DNA from: Pocillopora damicornis
Taxonomy: Eukaryota
Length of the DNA: 64,000 bases
Assembly (NCBI RefSeq): GCF_003704095.1
Contig: NW_020845389.1
Span: 1 to 64,000 of the forward strand
Direction of reading: 5' to 3'
A model generated the notes under the pieces. The model did no database searches, had not been told where the DNA came from, and saw only the letters and a list, made by a program, of their open reading frames with translations. Both the position numbers and the translations under genes were made by a program. Of the stretch, positions 11,101-22,453 are shown piece by piece (within the stretch, counting starts at the first letter, position 1; every line of letters begins with the position of its first letter).

Positions 11101-14100
11101 ATTAGAAAAAAAGTAATCACCCCATGCTAAGATGGCTCTTACCCAGGGATGAGCCCACTCGGACCAATTGAGGTTGAAAACATCAAATTGAATTCCACAG
11201 GATCAGTCAGATCATTCCCTGTTACTGGAGACTTGGTGTTGTACTTTTTCAAAAGCTCCCCAAGTTCTTTCATCCCATAGTTATCTACCTAAGTAGAAAA
11301 AAAGACAACCTCACTCAATATGACTTTACCCCCTTGGTGCTTGCCTCTGCTCAAAAACATCTCACACCTTCTGTAGGCTCTGTATCACATTAATAACACC
11401 TTGATGAATTCCCTACTTACTTATCTTTAAAAAAAATCACATTACCTGGCCAATAACACTTTCATACTCTTGTCTCTTCTCTTCCTCCAGTTTTTTATCT
11501 GCTAACAGTTTTTCAAGGTGTCCTTCAATAAATAAACAAACAAGAAGCCGAAATCAATCAAACTAAAAATATGCGAGAAAGAGCTTCTCCCCCTTACGAG
11601 TGATGGACATCTATACACCACATTAAAAGAAATACATTTACATTTCAAAAGTCAGCACTTAAGTCATGTAGCCCCACAGTGCCAAAGGCTATCTCAGTTT
11701 CTGCAGCATGAGGTGCCAAGGAAAGATGAGATACAAAATAAGTGTGAAGGAAGGAAGGAAGGATATGTTGCAAAATATTTGAGAAAAGAGCTTCACACAA
11801 GAAGTTTGTTTATAAAAGTCAACACCTACAGTGTAGAGGCCTGTCCCAGTTTCTGAAGCATGAAGTGTCAAGGAAGGATGAGATGCAAAATATGAGGGAA
11901 GGAAGGAAGAATATGTGAGACAGAAGGAAGTATATGATACAAAATATGCAAGAAAAAGTGTTTTTTCCCCTTACAAGTGATGGATATCTATGCACCACAT
12001 TAAAAGAAAATTGTTTACATAAGTCAGCACTGGAGCCATGTGGTCCCACAGTGCCGAAATCTAACCCAGTTTATAACCATTTACACTCCTGAGTGGAGAG
12101 TGGCATTGTGAAAGGGAAGTGTCTTGCCCAAGAATACATCACAATGACCCACACGGATCTCAAACCTTGCCATCTTGACCTACAATCCTGCATGCTGACA
12201 GTTAATACATTTTATCTCCCCATTTGTTAGCTATATTTAAGATGTAAATCTATGTAATTGCTCCCCCCTCTAAGCAGACCTTCCAATAGATGATCGGCTC
12301 TGTAACAATCCCCAGTCTTGATGTCCTTCACCATGAAATCAGCAAACCTGTCAACATGCCCTGATGTTCTAAAACAAAAAAAATAGAAAAAAAAATCAAA
12401 ACTACATCATTACTTTAAGTTGATAAGGAAATTGTGTGGGTGAAATCAGTTCCAAAGTAAATTTATTTAGAATCGTAACTTCATGAAACCTGTAAGAGAC
12501 ACTCAGCCCTTTGACCCCTCAAAGTGATTAGCATCCAATTTCTCCTAACAATATCACCCCTGAATCAAACATTAAAGCCACCAGAATAAAGGAAATGATC
12601 ACCAACTAAAGAAGCTTTTGACTGTTAAACAAATTCTCCTTGTCAGCACCTTAGGAAATGAAAAGAGAGCAGTATAGAGAATGCGCATGTTGGTGTTAAG
12701 GTGTAATATAAATAAAGAAGTTGTGTAGGTGAAATAAAGGTTCATAATAAATTTTTCTAGGGTCACAACTTCAAGAAACCTGTAAGAGACACTTGAAAAA
12801 ATTATAATGCATATTGAGAAACCCCAACTCATCTCAGACTTTGTTAACTGTCGTCAACAGTTTACTCACTTAAGAACTGAATGAGGTGTCAGAAGAGAAG
12901 CTCTTATTTCCAACATTTGCTCTTCCAAAACAAAATGTGATTTCCAAATGTTTATCATGTTGGCTTCCATAGCACAACCAGAGGGTCCATAATCATACAA
13001 CCCTGCCACACCTGCCATGCAAAGAAAGAAAGATAATTTTGAAATAGCCAAACTGACCTTTTCTCTTCACCATGATCAAAAAAAAAAAGGTTCTCAGCAC
13101 TGTTGTATATTCTTTACCATTTTTTCATTCTGAGAATTTTGTATTGAATCAAGCAATATCCCCAGCTTGGGATCTATATTTCCCTAATTTTCTTTTTTTC
13201 TTGAAAGTGTATTAAAATTTTTAGAAGATATTCCTTCCTAGTCACTCCTGAAAGTTTAACTTTTCATCCCCTAGACCTCAATAGTGTTTCTGCTTACTGC
13301 CATCACATGATACTTGTAGTATTATCAGTTTGGAGACTTTGATGTTGGATCAACTAATAATCACCTAATTGACGTTTTCCTTTATTCTTATCACTTGTCT
13401 GTTTGATATTGCAGTAATATTACAAGGAGAAATTCTGTTTTGATCACTCATGTGAGTCAAAGGATAAAGTGCTAACTCAGACTGTTCATGTCCTTTATTG
13501 GCACCTCTGTGCCTATTAAGGATAAATGAAAAAATGGAGTAAAACACATCAGAGGAGTTTAACTCAAGATCACTGTCAAACAAGATCAACTCAGAGGAAG
13601 AGTACATGATTTGGACAAAAGAGCTTCACAAATCAGCACCCATACATACTTGACCATAGTGTCTTTGTGTACAAAGGTAATATAAATGACTTTTTATGGG
13701 CTTCATCTGATTTCTTGAGAGCAAGATCAACACTGCTATTAATCAATAGTTGTACTAAAAGTTCATTCCATCTTCAAGGTGTAAGTTAGAGTTCATAGTA
13801 TTCACAACATTATTCAAGAATATATGGAAATTCTGTGTTATCTTATCTCCAGATATATTAAACACTGCCATCAGTCAAATTGTCAACTTACCTCCATAGA
13901 TTTCAAATGAAGGGACAAAAAAGAATCGCCTCTTTAGCAAGTCCTCCAATTTTGATCTCTCAAATTTTTCTTGCTTGGGTGCCATTTCTTTTTCCTGAAA
14001 GAAAGAGATTTCATTTTTATTTTTCAGGCATAAAGAGAATAAGAAAGTGATCACAGTTTAAATAATAATTAAAACAACATTCACAACTAAAACAAAATAT

Positions 14101-16184
14101 ATTGAAATATGATGGGAGAAATTGAAGTTATGAAGAAAATATCCATGTTCATCTCAAGAGTAGCTAATGGAAAATAGGAAAGGGAGAAAACAATTTTTAT
14201 GCCCTAACATCAGCATGCATATTCTCCATACTGTTCTCTATACATTTCCTAAGGTGCTGACAAGGAGAATTTCATTCACAATCAATAATATCTTTAGTTA
14301 GAGATCACTTCCTTTATTCTCATCACCTTAATATATGATTCAGGGTGATACTATGAGGAGAAATAAGATGCTGGTCACTCTTAGACAAGGTAAGCAATGA
14401 ATACGTCAATGATACATCAGAAAAAAACTCAAAAATAAATTCTCAAGTTGTACTCATACCTTGGTCTCAAAGGCCTTTTTCCTAACTTTAAGCTCCTTGA
14501 TGGCAACTTCAAGGTCTGGTGCTGGAGCATTTTCAGCTTTTAGTTTTCTTACCAAGTCACCCTAGAGCAAATAAATAAACCATGAGACCAATTGCAAAAA
14601 TGTATAATGCATCCACAGCCATGTGATAAATTTTAACCCAGGCATAATTATACCAGTAATTTCTTTCCAACCTCATTTGGTGCTAATACACATTATGTAG
14701 CACAGATGGGGAGGGGGGTGGTACAATATCAGCTGATATACCCCTACAGCGTAAAACACCCCTCTAATTGGAGTTTGGCAATGGATAAATATCCTTTAAA
14801 TGGCAAGAAATTGAAATAAATTTGTAGTTCAAGGTAATCTGACAGGGAAATCGACCTAGCTGTGGAAAAATACATCACATTCACCTCCCTTGTCTCCTAC
14901 TCTATTGTTTGTAATCAAGTTTTCTGTTTGTCTTGAGGGAAAAATAAATAAATTAATGACAGGCTGTAAACTAAATCAACCTTTATCTGGCTTCATGCTA
15001 TATATGAAGATAATTCCCTTGCTAAAAGATAACCTGTTTGGTGACATATTTCTAACCATCTACTTGTTAACCCTTTAAATCCCAGAAGTGATTAACAAGT
15101 AACTTCTCCCTATAATAACTGAACATTATCAAGCAAACAGGTCATGAGAATATTCAAAGTTATCAGGTCAAAGTTATCTCCATCTGACACCAAATTCTCG
15201 TAACTTATTTAAAAGGAAATATATAGCAGCTAAAGGGGAGAATTAACAGTCAGATCTTAGGAGTTAAAGGGTTAGAGAATTTAGTAGCATTCTATGGGGG
15301 GAGATGAACACTCCAAGAAATTGAAAGTCAGCTAGTAGGAATAAAAACAAACATCTTCTTCTGACTGAGGGGATAAAAGTAAGGGCCAGCAACTGAACAA
15401 AGACTTACACTACAATTTACAAAACAGTATCTCACACAGCCAGAGTTGACTGGCATAAAAAATGGCTTGAAATGATATGGTTCCTCCACAAATTTGTTTA
15501 CAAATCAACTGGTAAGTATGCCTTCATAGAATCACACTTCCTTACAAACGACAAGAAGAGAGATGTGTGGGCTATCAGTGAGAAGTAGCTGTCGGATCAA
15601 GAGAAGGAAAATTTTTTGGGGGGATAATGCAATAAGCAAGACTTGTAACATATCACTGAACTGAGTGCTTATCAGAATTTGATGCTCAGATCCACAAAAT
15701 CAGTTCATCACGCTTCAAAAAAATTGGAAAGAACCCAAACTGAGAATTAAATATTCAAATCAAATACCTATAAACATCTTTCAGTGTTTCCAAGGATCTA
15801 CTTCCGTTCAAATTTCCGAATATGGTCAAATATGGAAATAGAACAACATTACGTTACTAAAGATGTGTACCCAACCAGAACAACTGTACTGTGATTCAAA
15901 ATTTTCCTTCTAAACATTGACTAGCTCTCACTACAAACCTGCTCCTTCAAGGATTTTCGTAGATTCTCCAGAATGGTTGAATTTTCGGCGTTGTCGGCAG
16001 ACATTGTTTTTATTCCCACAAAAATTATTGACTTTGAGAAGTGTTCTAAACCCCACTCAAGCGATCTAAGAGGCTGAAAGATATTTCTGCGACTATCTAG
16101 CCCGAAGATATATCCTTGGCTTGGATTTCTTGCAAAAAATTGCGTCTTCGAAAATAACCTTCGGAAGACAAACAACGTATTCAT
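5103..16184 (-). CDS. GARS1: Glycyl-tRNA synthetase (eukaryotic alpha2 type, with WHEP domain); mitochondrial and cytosolic starts
   Basis: Exons (-): 16184/16004-15939, 14561-14460, 13994-13892, 13011-12870, 12368-12280, 11522-11446, 11288-11143, 10538-10389, 9396-9234, 8977-8813, 8138-8031, 7403-7258, [missing exon(s), gap 6577-6676], 6456-6363, 5665-5475, 5213-5103. Motifs: [81 protein letters not shown], ...FEGQETGAK*. Splice phases are consistent on each side of the gap. Confidence 0.96.
7404..8030 (-). other. U12-type (minor spliceosome) GT-AG intron in GARS
   Basis: 5' splice site GTATCCTTAAC; branch-like CCTTGAC at 7423-7417, 13 nt from the intron 3' end; no polypyrimidine tract. Confidence 0.88.
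7470..8735. mobile_element. Second MITE-like family (ccaatca-rich, ending ...caattgaaaattgctc); copies near 7470-7830 and 8455-8735
   Basis: Recurring ccaatcaaatgc / aaaaccaaa / ccaatgagaact / gcgggaaaacgcg segments. Degenerate relatives near 4730-4810, 10570-10680 and 51900-52040. Confidence 0.6.
10120..10290 (+). mobile_element. Penelope-like terminal fragment with a minimal hammerhead motif, nested in a TTAA MITE (10005-10350)
   Basis: CCC-CTGATGA-A-GGCACT(agacagg)AGTGTT-GAAACGTT-GGG at 10179-10219. It interrupts a MITE whose halves (ttaacccttt... and ...aaagggttaa) flank it. Confidence 0.6.
11585..12200 (-). repeat. Local ~250-380 bp tandem duplication of SINE-derived sequence in a GARS intron
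   Basis: ccccttac(g/a)agtgatgga...cacattaaaagaaa...aagtcagcact...cccacagtgcc occurs at ~11589 and ~11967. cagtttctg(c/a)agcatga occurs twice. The segment matches the SINE-like copy at 41820-42062. Confidence 0.6.
15067..15273. mobile_element. Representative of an abundant ~200-bp piggyBac-like MITE family (TTAACCCTTT...AAAGGGTTAA)
   Basis: Terminal inverted repeats begin TTAA-CCC. About 28 full or partial copies, e.g. ~958-1177, 12505-12705, 14200-14385, 19404-19614, 20080-20280, 29725-29935, 30789-30990, 32180-32361, 32630-33020, 35425-35620, 37213-37400, 38423-38634, 39999-40208, 41221-41447, 42095-42307, 42742-42953, 50367-50584, 50978-51182, 52825-53030, 59280-59475. Confidence 0.8.
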
Positions 16185-16447
16185 TCAATCAATCAGCGAT
16201 TCATCGTTCCGTGGCCACGAGGAAATTGTAATGCCAGTGTGCCATGCGCTGAACAAAACGGACTTCAAATATATCTCATGAAGTGTCAAGAGTAATTGCG
16301 TGACTGATACACCGACTATCGTGACTTTTTCGAAAGGGTGGTATAAGTAATGAAATGCACAAAAGTATCTGTTTTGTGAGATACGAGCTTCGTAAGGTAA
16401 TTGACTTGTGTTTATTTGCAACTTTTCATAGACATAACTTCACTGCA

Positions 16448-17212
16448 ATGAGTAAAAGAAGAGCTTCATCTAAAACCGGATCGTTGAAAAAGCGAGGGAA
16501 AGTTGAAGATGTCGACCAAACAGCGGGAAACGAGGTGAAAACCTTGGTAGAGAAAGTAGCTCGCGAACTGCACAAGAATGCAGATCACAAGAAAAGTCAA
16601 CCCATGAAGAAATACCTGAGGGATAAGTTCGAGTTTTTAGGTCTTAGCAGCCCTGTAAGGAGGAGCGTTTGTAAGGAATTATTGAAAGAAAAATTGAACT
16701 CAGGCGACACGAGAGACTTCGTGCGGCTTTTATGGACAAAACCGGAGCGAGAATTCCAGTACTTTGCCATCGATTACCTCGAGAAGCACTTAGAATCTTC
16801 CAAAGACTTTGAAGAGAACATCCAGTGCATGAAAGATTTGATCACGAACAAATCTTGGTGGGACACTGTTGATGCGCTAGCGTCTAAGATGGTTGGGCAA
16901 CTCGTGAAACAACATCGAGATTTAGGAAAAGTTATCATGGAAGAATGGATCAATCATGAAAACATGTGGCTCAGAAGAACCGCCATACTTCATCAGCTTT
17001 CTTACAAAGAGGAAACTGACGAGGAGATGCTGTTCCGCTTCTGCAATCTAAGGGCAGCCGAGGAAGAATTTTTCATCCGAAAGGCAATTGGATGGGCCCT
17101 AAGACAGTACGCTCGGACTTCTGGTTCCAAGGTCAAGAAGTATCTACTGAAGCACAAGGGGGAATTAAGTGGCTTGAGCTTTAAGGAGGCTTCCAAACAT
17201 TTGCACTTGTGA
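16448..17212 (+). CDS. AlkD-like HEAT-repeat DNA alkylation repair glycosylase (intronless, 254 aa from MSKRR)
   Basis: AlkD-family motifs MKKYLRDKFEFLGL...RR, LW.KPEREFQYFAIDYL, SWWDTVD, WLRRTAILHQL and EFFIRKAIGWALRQY. Basic N-terminus KRRASSKTGSLKKRGK is NLS-like. An upstream in-frame ATG at 16355 is less likely to be used. Confidence 0.92.
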   Translation: MSKRRASSKTGSLKKRGKVEDVDQTAGNEVKTLVEKVARELHKNADHKKSQPMKKYLRDKFEFLGLSSPVRRSVCKELLKEKLNSGDTRDFVRLLWTKPEREFQYFAIDYLEKHLESSKDFEENIQCMKDLITNKSWWDTVDALASKMVGQLVKQHRDLGKVIMEEWINHENMWLRRTAILHQLSYKEETDEEMLFRFCNLRAAEEEFFIRKAIGWALRQYARTSGSKVKKYLLKHKGELSGLSFKEASKHLHL

Positions 17213-18796
17213 AGATATACCCACACTGCCTCTTGTCTCCTCTAACTTTGACGAGAGGTGTACCCTGCCAATTGGGACTTTTTCTCCCAGGTTGTATAAA
17301 TAGATGAAGTTTTCAGTTATGGTTCAAAATTTTTTCCTGGTTTGCAGTTTTCTTTAAACTGGTTTGTTTTTATCACTATACAAAAATATTTATCAGAGTG
17401 GCTGAAAATTTTCTTTAAGGAAAAAGCTTCTCCATAACATGTCTTTTGTGTTTACATAAGCCCAGGATTTCTCCGATATATTACTATACAAAGAAAAATA
17501 TTTATCACAGTGACTGAAAATTTACCAGTACACGGGGGAATTCCTATTGTTTTCATATCCATACATGGAGTTGTGTTGCAGTTCGTTAATGTTTCTTACC
17601 TTTGTGTACTGGTACATGAGGACACAACCGAAAATTTTCTTTAAGGAAAAAGCTTCTTCATAACATGTCCATTGTGTTTATATAAGCCTGTGATTTCTCT
17701 GATGGAAAGTTGAAATTTTAGAGCCTTTGCATCCAACCCACAAACCTTCATATCTTTTTAACTAAAGGCATGCATTTCAACCCGTATTTTAGACATACAC
17801 ACAAAATATATGTACATGTAAATCAGAATTTTGAATCAATTAAAACTCAGGTTAACCAATCTTTCTTTTAGATCCTTGTTTCTATTTTTTTCTTCCTCTT
17901 TTTGTCTTTCATTGTCTGAATTTCTTCTCAATCAAAATGTTTCCAAGGAAAAGTTGCAAGGATGCAAGGAGCTACCCATGTTTCAAGACAGAGCCATTGG
18001 GAGGATATGGGGTTAATTTTTCTTCCCATGATTAATACAACAGAAGGTTCGGGTAACTGGTGTAGATAGGCTACTACCAGTTGAAGCTAAAAGGGACTTT
18101 CCCATACCGTGGCACAGTTTTGCAAATAAAATTATTTCTTGGATTTTTCTAAAGGTTGTTGTTTATGATGGTTAAGCTTAATCATAATTTGCCTTGTTGC
18201 TTTCATATACACCAACCCACAAAGTCAATCTGTCAGTAATAGATCACAAAATTAATAATGCCAAAATGTGGTGAGAACAAAAACGAGGCACTTAAGGCAA
18301 AGCCAAGTGTGTCAATGATGTTTTTAACACATTTTGACATCTTCTGCAATCTCTTATTGTACAGACCCACATCAACATGGAATCTATTGGTTAAAAAAGC
18401 AAAATGTTGTTAATGGTGATGGCATCTATGCATTTTTCCTACAATCGATCATAGGCATAAGCCAATCAAAATGTTTTTATAGGATTCAGCTTATTGTAAA
18501 CCCAGCTTGTCATTTAATTCCTGTCACATAACCCACATGTGTTTTTCTGTCTGTTCTTTTTTTGAGGACTTCACTCCTGAAAACAATTTTGGACTGTTTC
18601 ATGGGTTACCATGATCCTACAGAATTTTCTGTGTACTCATTAAAGAAAGAAGCCATTTTATTGAAAGCATAACCATGCAACAACACAAACAATATAGTAA
18701 TGTTTATCAAGTATCCACATTTATGAGTAAGATAGGCAAGCTGCAAATCATCAGCAGTGGTACTAGTGCTGTCAGTCAATTGATACCACTTATCCT

Positions 18797-20987
18797 TCAA
18801 TCAATGTTTGGTCTCTTATTTTCCAGCGTGCTGTAGTCAGTATGGGTGTAAAACTACAAAAATAAAAATCATACAAGGTAAGGTTATCAGATTATTTTTG
18901 CCTTGAATATAATTGGGGTTTATTTGTGCTTTGTAAAAAAATATCTCTAAGAGGATAAAAATACACCACAAAAAAAAACAAACAAACAAACCTTCAAGCA
19001 TTGGTCATGCTTTATCTTTTGCCATGGATATGGATTGTTCTTCCTGTCCCAGCTACCATGTAAACCACACAATAAGTTCAAAATATAATAATACTAAAAT
19101 GTGAAAAAGGTCAACACTAACAGACTCACAGAAAGACTTTCTAAACTAGGTTAAGGTAGGAATTCAGGTCCAAAGTATTGAGAAATTTATCTTGCTTTGA
19201 GATATTGTGAAATGCCTTTGGTCACATTCAACTTAAAGACAATTCTGTTAACAGACAACTTTTGAAAAATCTGCCTATTAACACAGAAATTTTTCGGTTA
19301 GGAGACTTCTCACTAAACACATTCGACACTTTTAGAAGCTGAAAAGGTCATATCATGAGTTGCGAAAAGAAAATTTGGAACTTGTTTTAGTTATGTTTCT
19401 AACTTAACTATTTACACCCTAACATCAGTATCCATTCTCTCCATACTCTTCTCTATACATTTTCTTGGGTGCTTTCGAGGAGAATTTGTTTAACAATCAA
19501 AGCTTCTCAGGTTAGCAATCATTTCCTTTATCCTTGTGATCTTAATGATTGATTCAGCAGAATTATTGTTATTAGAGATTAGATGCTGGTCACTCTAAGA
19601 GTTTAAAGGGTTAAAGAATTCTCTGCTGGTAAAGTAATACATGAAAATAACAGAGCTTTGAACTTGGATACAAAAGTTTATAAAGTAGTGATGGTCTAGA
19701 CAAGGGGATAAAGCTAATCTTTTTTTTTACAGCAAATATAGACTCATCAGACAGGTGTCTTGGGCAAGAATTCAAGTTATCTTATCAATCATATATTAAC
19801 TTAAAGCCTCAAGGATCACATTTGTAGGGGAAGATTACCTTCAGTGCAAAGGTATTACCTAAATCACTTGTTTAAGTCTATTAATCTTTCATGTACATAC
19901 GTTGCATCTGGGTTTTTAAGAGCCAGTCGCATTAAGTAATAACCAGCTCCAACACAACCAGCGCCAACCACAACAAAGAGTGGAACCAACTGAAAAAAAA
20001 TTAAAAGATAAAGTGATAAATGACAGAGACACTGCAATGGCGAATTTTCGACCCAAGACAAAAGGGACTCTAGCCCAGGGACATAACTGATCTGATTGTT
20101 AAATCTCCCCTCAAGCTGCTATACATTTCCTTTTATATAAGTGAAAAGAATTTGCTGTAAAAGCAATTTAACAACTTCTACTTGCTAGTATGAGTATTCT
20201 CATCATCTGTTTGCTGGATAATGTAGGGATATTACAGGGAAAAGGTAAATATTAATCTCTTCTGGGAGTTAAGGCGTTAAAGATCCTCAATTTTCATTTG
20301 GTACCCTTTGAAAAATGAAATCTGCAGGGATAAAATTTTTTACAGCAATTTTTTAAGTGTCCTTTAGTTCCTGATTGTTTTTAGCTGTTTCAGACGATAT
20401 CCCTAACCCCAAAAGAGAAAGCTTACCATCCACAGAGCTCAAGGTAAAGATAAAATAAGAAACTTTTACCACTCCATCACATTTTTTAAACCATTCCATT
20501 TCCTTACCATAAAACATTTCTTAATTTGAAAAAAAAAAAAAAAATATATATATATCTCATTTTTGAATTCTCAATCTACCTCCGTTTTTCAGAGGTACAA
20601 TTCTGCATTTGTTTCAGTAGTTTTACCCGTGATCTTTGTCAAGTAAATAAGCACAATACATAATACGTCACTGTCAATATTAATTACAATACAATAATCT
20701 TAGCATTGCTTTTATATCTTTTTTATGACGACCTGAAAGGTTTCTTTAACAAAAAACGGTAGTTCATTATTTGAAAGATCAAAGTGACGAAGGAATCGCA
20801 CAAATACAGAGGTAAGCTCAACTACGTATCGATACGCACATTCTAAAATTAACTCAACTCTAGAAGCTACATGAACCTTACACTAACCCCAATCAAACAA
20901 ACACCCAGCCAATACTTTAGGATAACTTAGTCCAGCTTAAAACCATAATCATACCTCGGGGTGTTTTCTCAGATAAGTAAAAACCAT
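18797..20987 (-). CDS. NDUFA4: NDUFA4/COXFA4 family paralogue A (79 aa)
   Basis: Exons 20987-20955, 19989-19901, 19052-18992, 18853-18797. Protein: MVFTYLRKHPELVPLFVVVGAGCVGAGYYLMRLALKNPDATWDRKNNPYPWQKIKHDQCLKFYTHTDYSTLENKRPNID*. Shows the family signature KHP.L.PLF - TM helix - R.AL.NPD..WD..NP.PW. Confidence 0.93.
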
Positions 20988-22453
20988 TTTAGCCGTTACT
21001 TGGTCGAAACAGTAGAAAAACGATGTTAAGCTAGATTCGCTTAGGCTCTTCCAAGATGGCGTTCTCACGAAACCGGACCCTTAAAGGCTTGGTGGCTAAG
21101 CAAAATATTGCGTCACAGTTACGGAGTACAATACGGCGAAATTCTTAGGGCAACAGTCTTTAGCTACATTAACAAATAAAGAGACTGAGAAAATCTAGAC
21201 TATCAATGCTGCAATCAAGGAAAATATACATAACGTATTTTTATTTAGCTTTATTTTCTTTTTAAAATTCTGAAGTGCAATCACGACATGTTTTCAGAAA
21301 AGGCATGGACTATTTTACCTTAAATATATATATATATATATATATAGAGAAATCAACTTGGCCAGTCTGCACAGGCAACAGAACTATGGCATAGAATGAT
21401 GAAGCGAGCTTAAATCTAAGTAGCAGTACTGTAGCCATGCACGTGCCTGCGTAGTTAGCGGTTTTCTGTGCACTTAAAAGCGATAATCGAGCGCCAGTGA
21501 AGCTGTGCCAGGCTTAGAACGAAAAAATTGGCAATTTGAAAAAAGCGTCGCAGCAACTCCGCCCTTTTTTTCAGATGTAAAGCGCCCCAAAAGGCCACTA
21601 AATACGGAGGCGTATTGCACACGGAGCACGTTGTTCAAAATGGCTTATAACGTAACAGATCTCATTGTCGAGTTCTACCATAATGTGCAAACTGACTTAT
21701 AACTACAATAGTATGAAGTGTTCACGTATGTTTCTGGTTCATGATTACTGCATACCACTCGTGTGCAGAGCGTCAGTTGAAAGGAACTCCTTAGGGAGGG
21801 ACTCAGTAATTATAATGGCAAGACTCGTCCAATGAATTATCAGTCAAAAAATTCAAACACAGAAGACTTTCCCTTTTTTCCTGTCACCTCAAATGTGAGA
21901 GCACTCCCCAAAGGTGGAGACCTTTACGTTTCTAGTCTTTTACTTTTACCTAAAAGTTTTTGTTAAGCATATTTAATGAAACAAGTACAGTACTGATACC
22001 AATTTAGGAACTTAAAAAAGGATTTAACGAGTTTTCTTGTGGAGGTAAAATTGAATATGTTGTGTTTGTCTAAACATTAATGGGAACACACATTTTTTTA
22101 ATGGAAATTAACAGAACTATGTTTCGTCAAAATGAAAAATTTATTTTCAAAGTTCAGCCAAGAGCAAGGGCTTACACAGATTAAATACTTTCAAACTATG
22201 TTTGTCATGTCAATATTTGAATCTCATTTGAAATGTTAATGCTTTTGTAGATTGGTTAGAACAGTTCAAAGAAAAATAACATCTTAAGATTTATAATGAA
22301 AAGTACATCTCTTGAAGCTACCATGTGTTTGCTAGGTGTTAAGTATCTTATATCATGTGATAATTTACTATTAATAAGAGTTCTTATCAAATGCAAACCC
22401 AGTGGGCCTTATTCTGACTCCCTGGTAATCTTTTCCATACACTCCAAGGCTCA

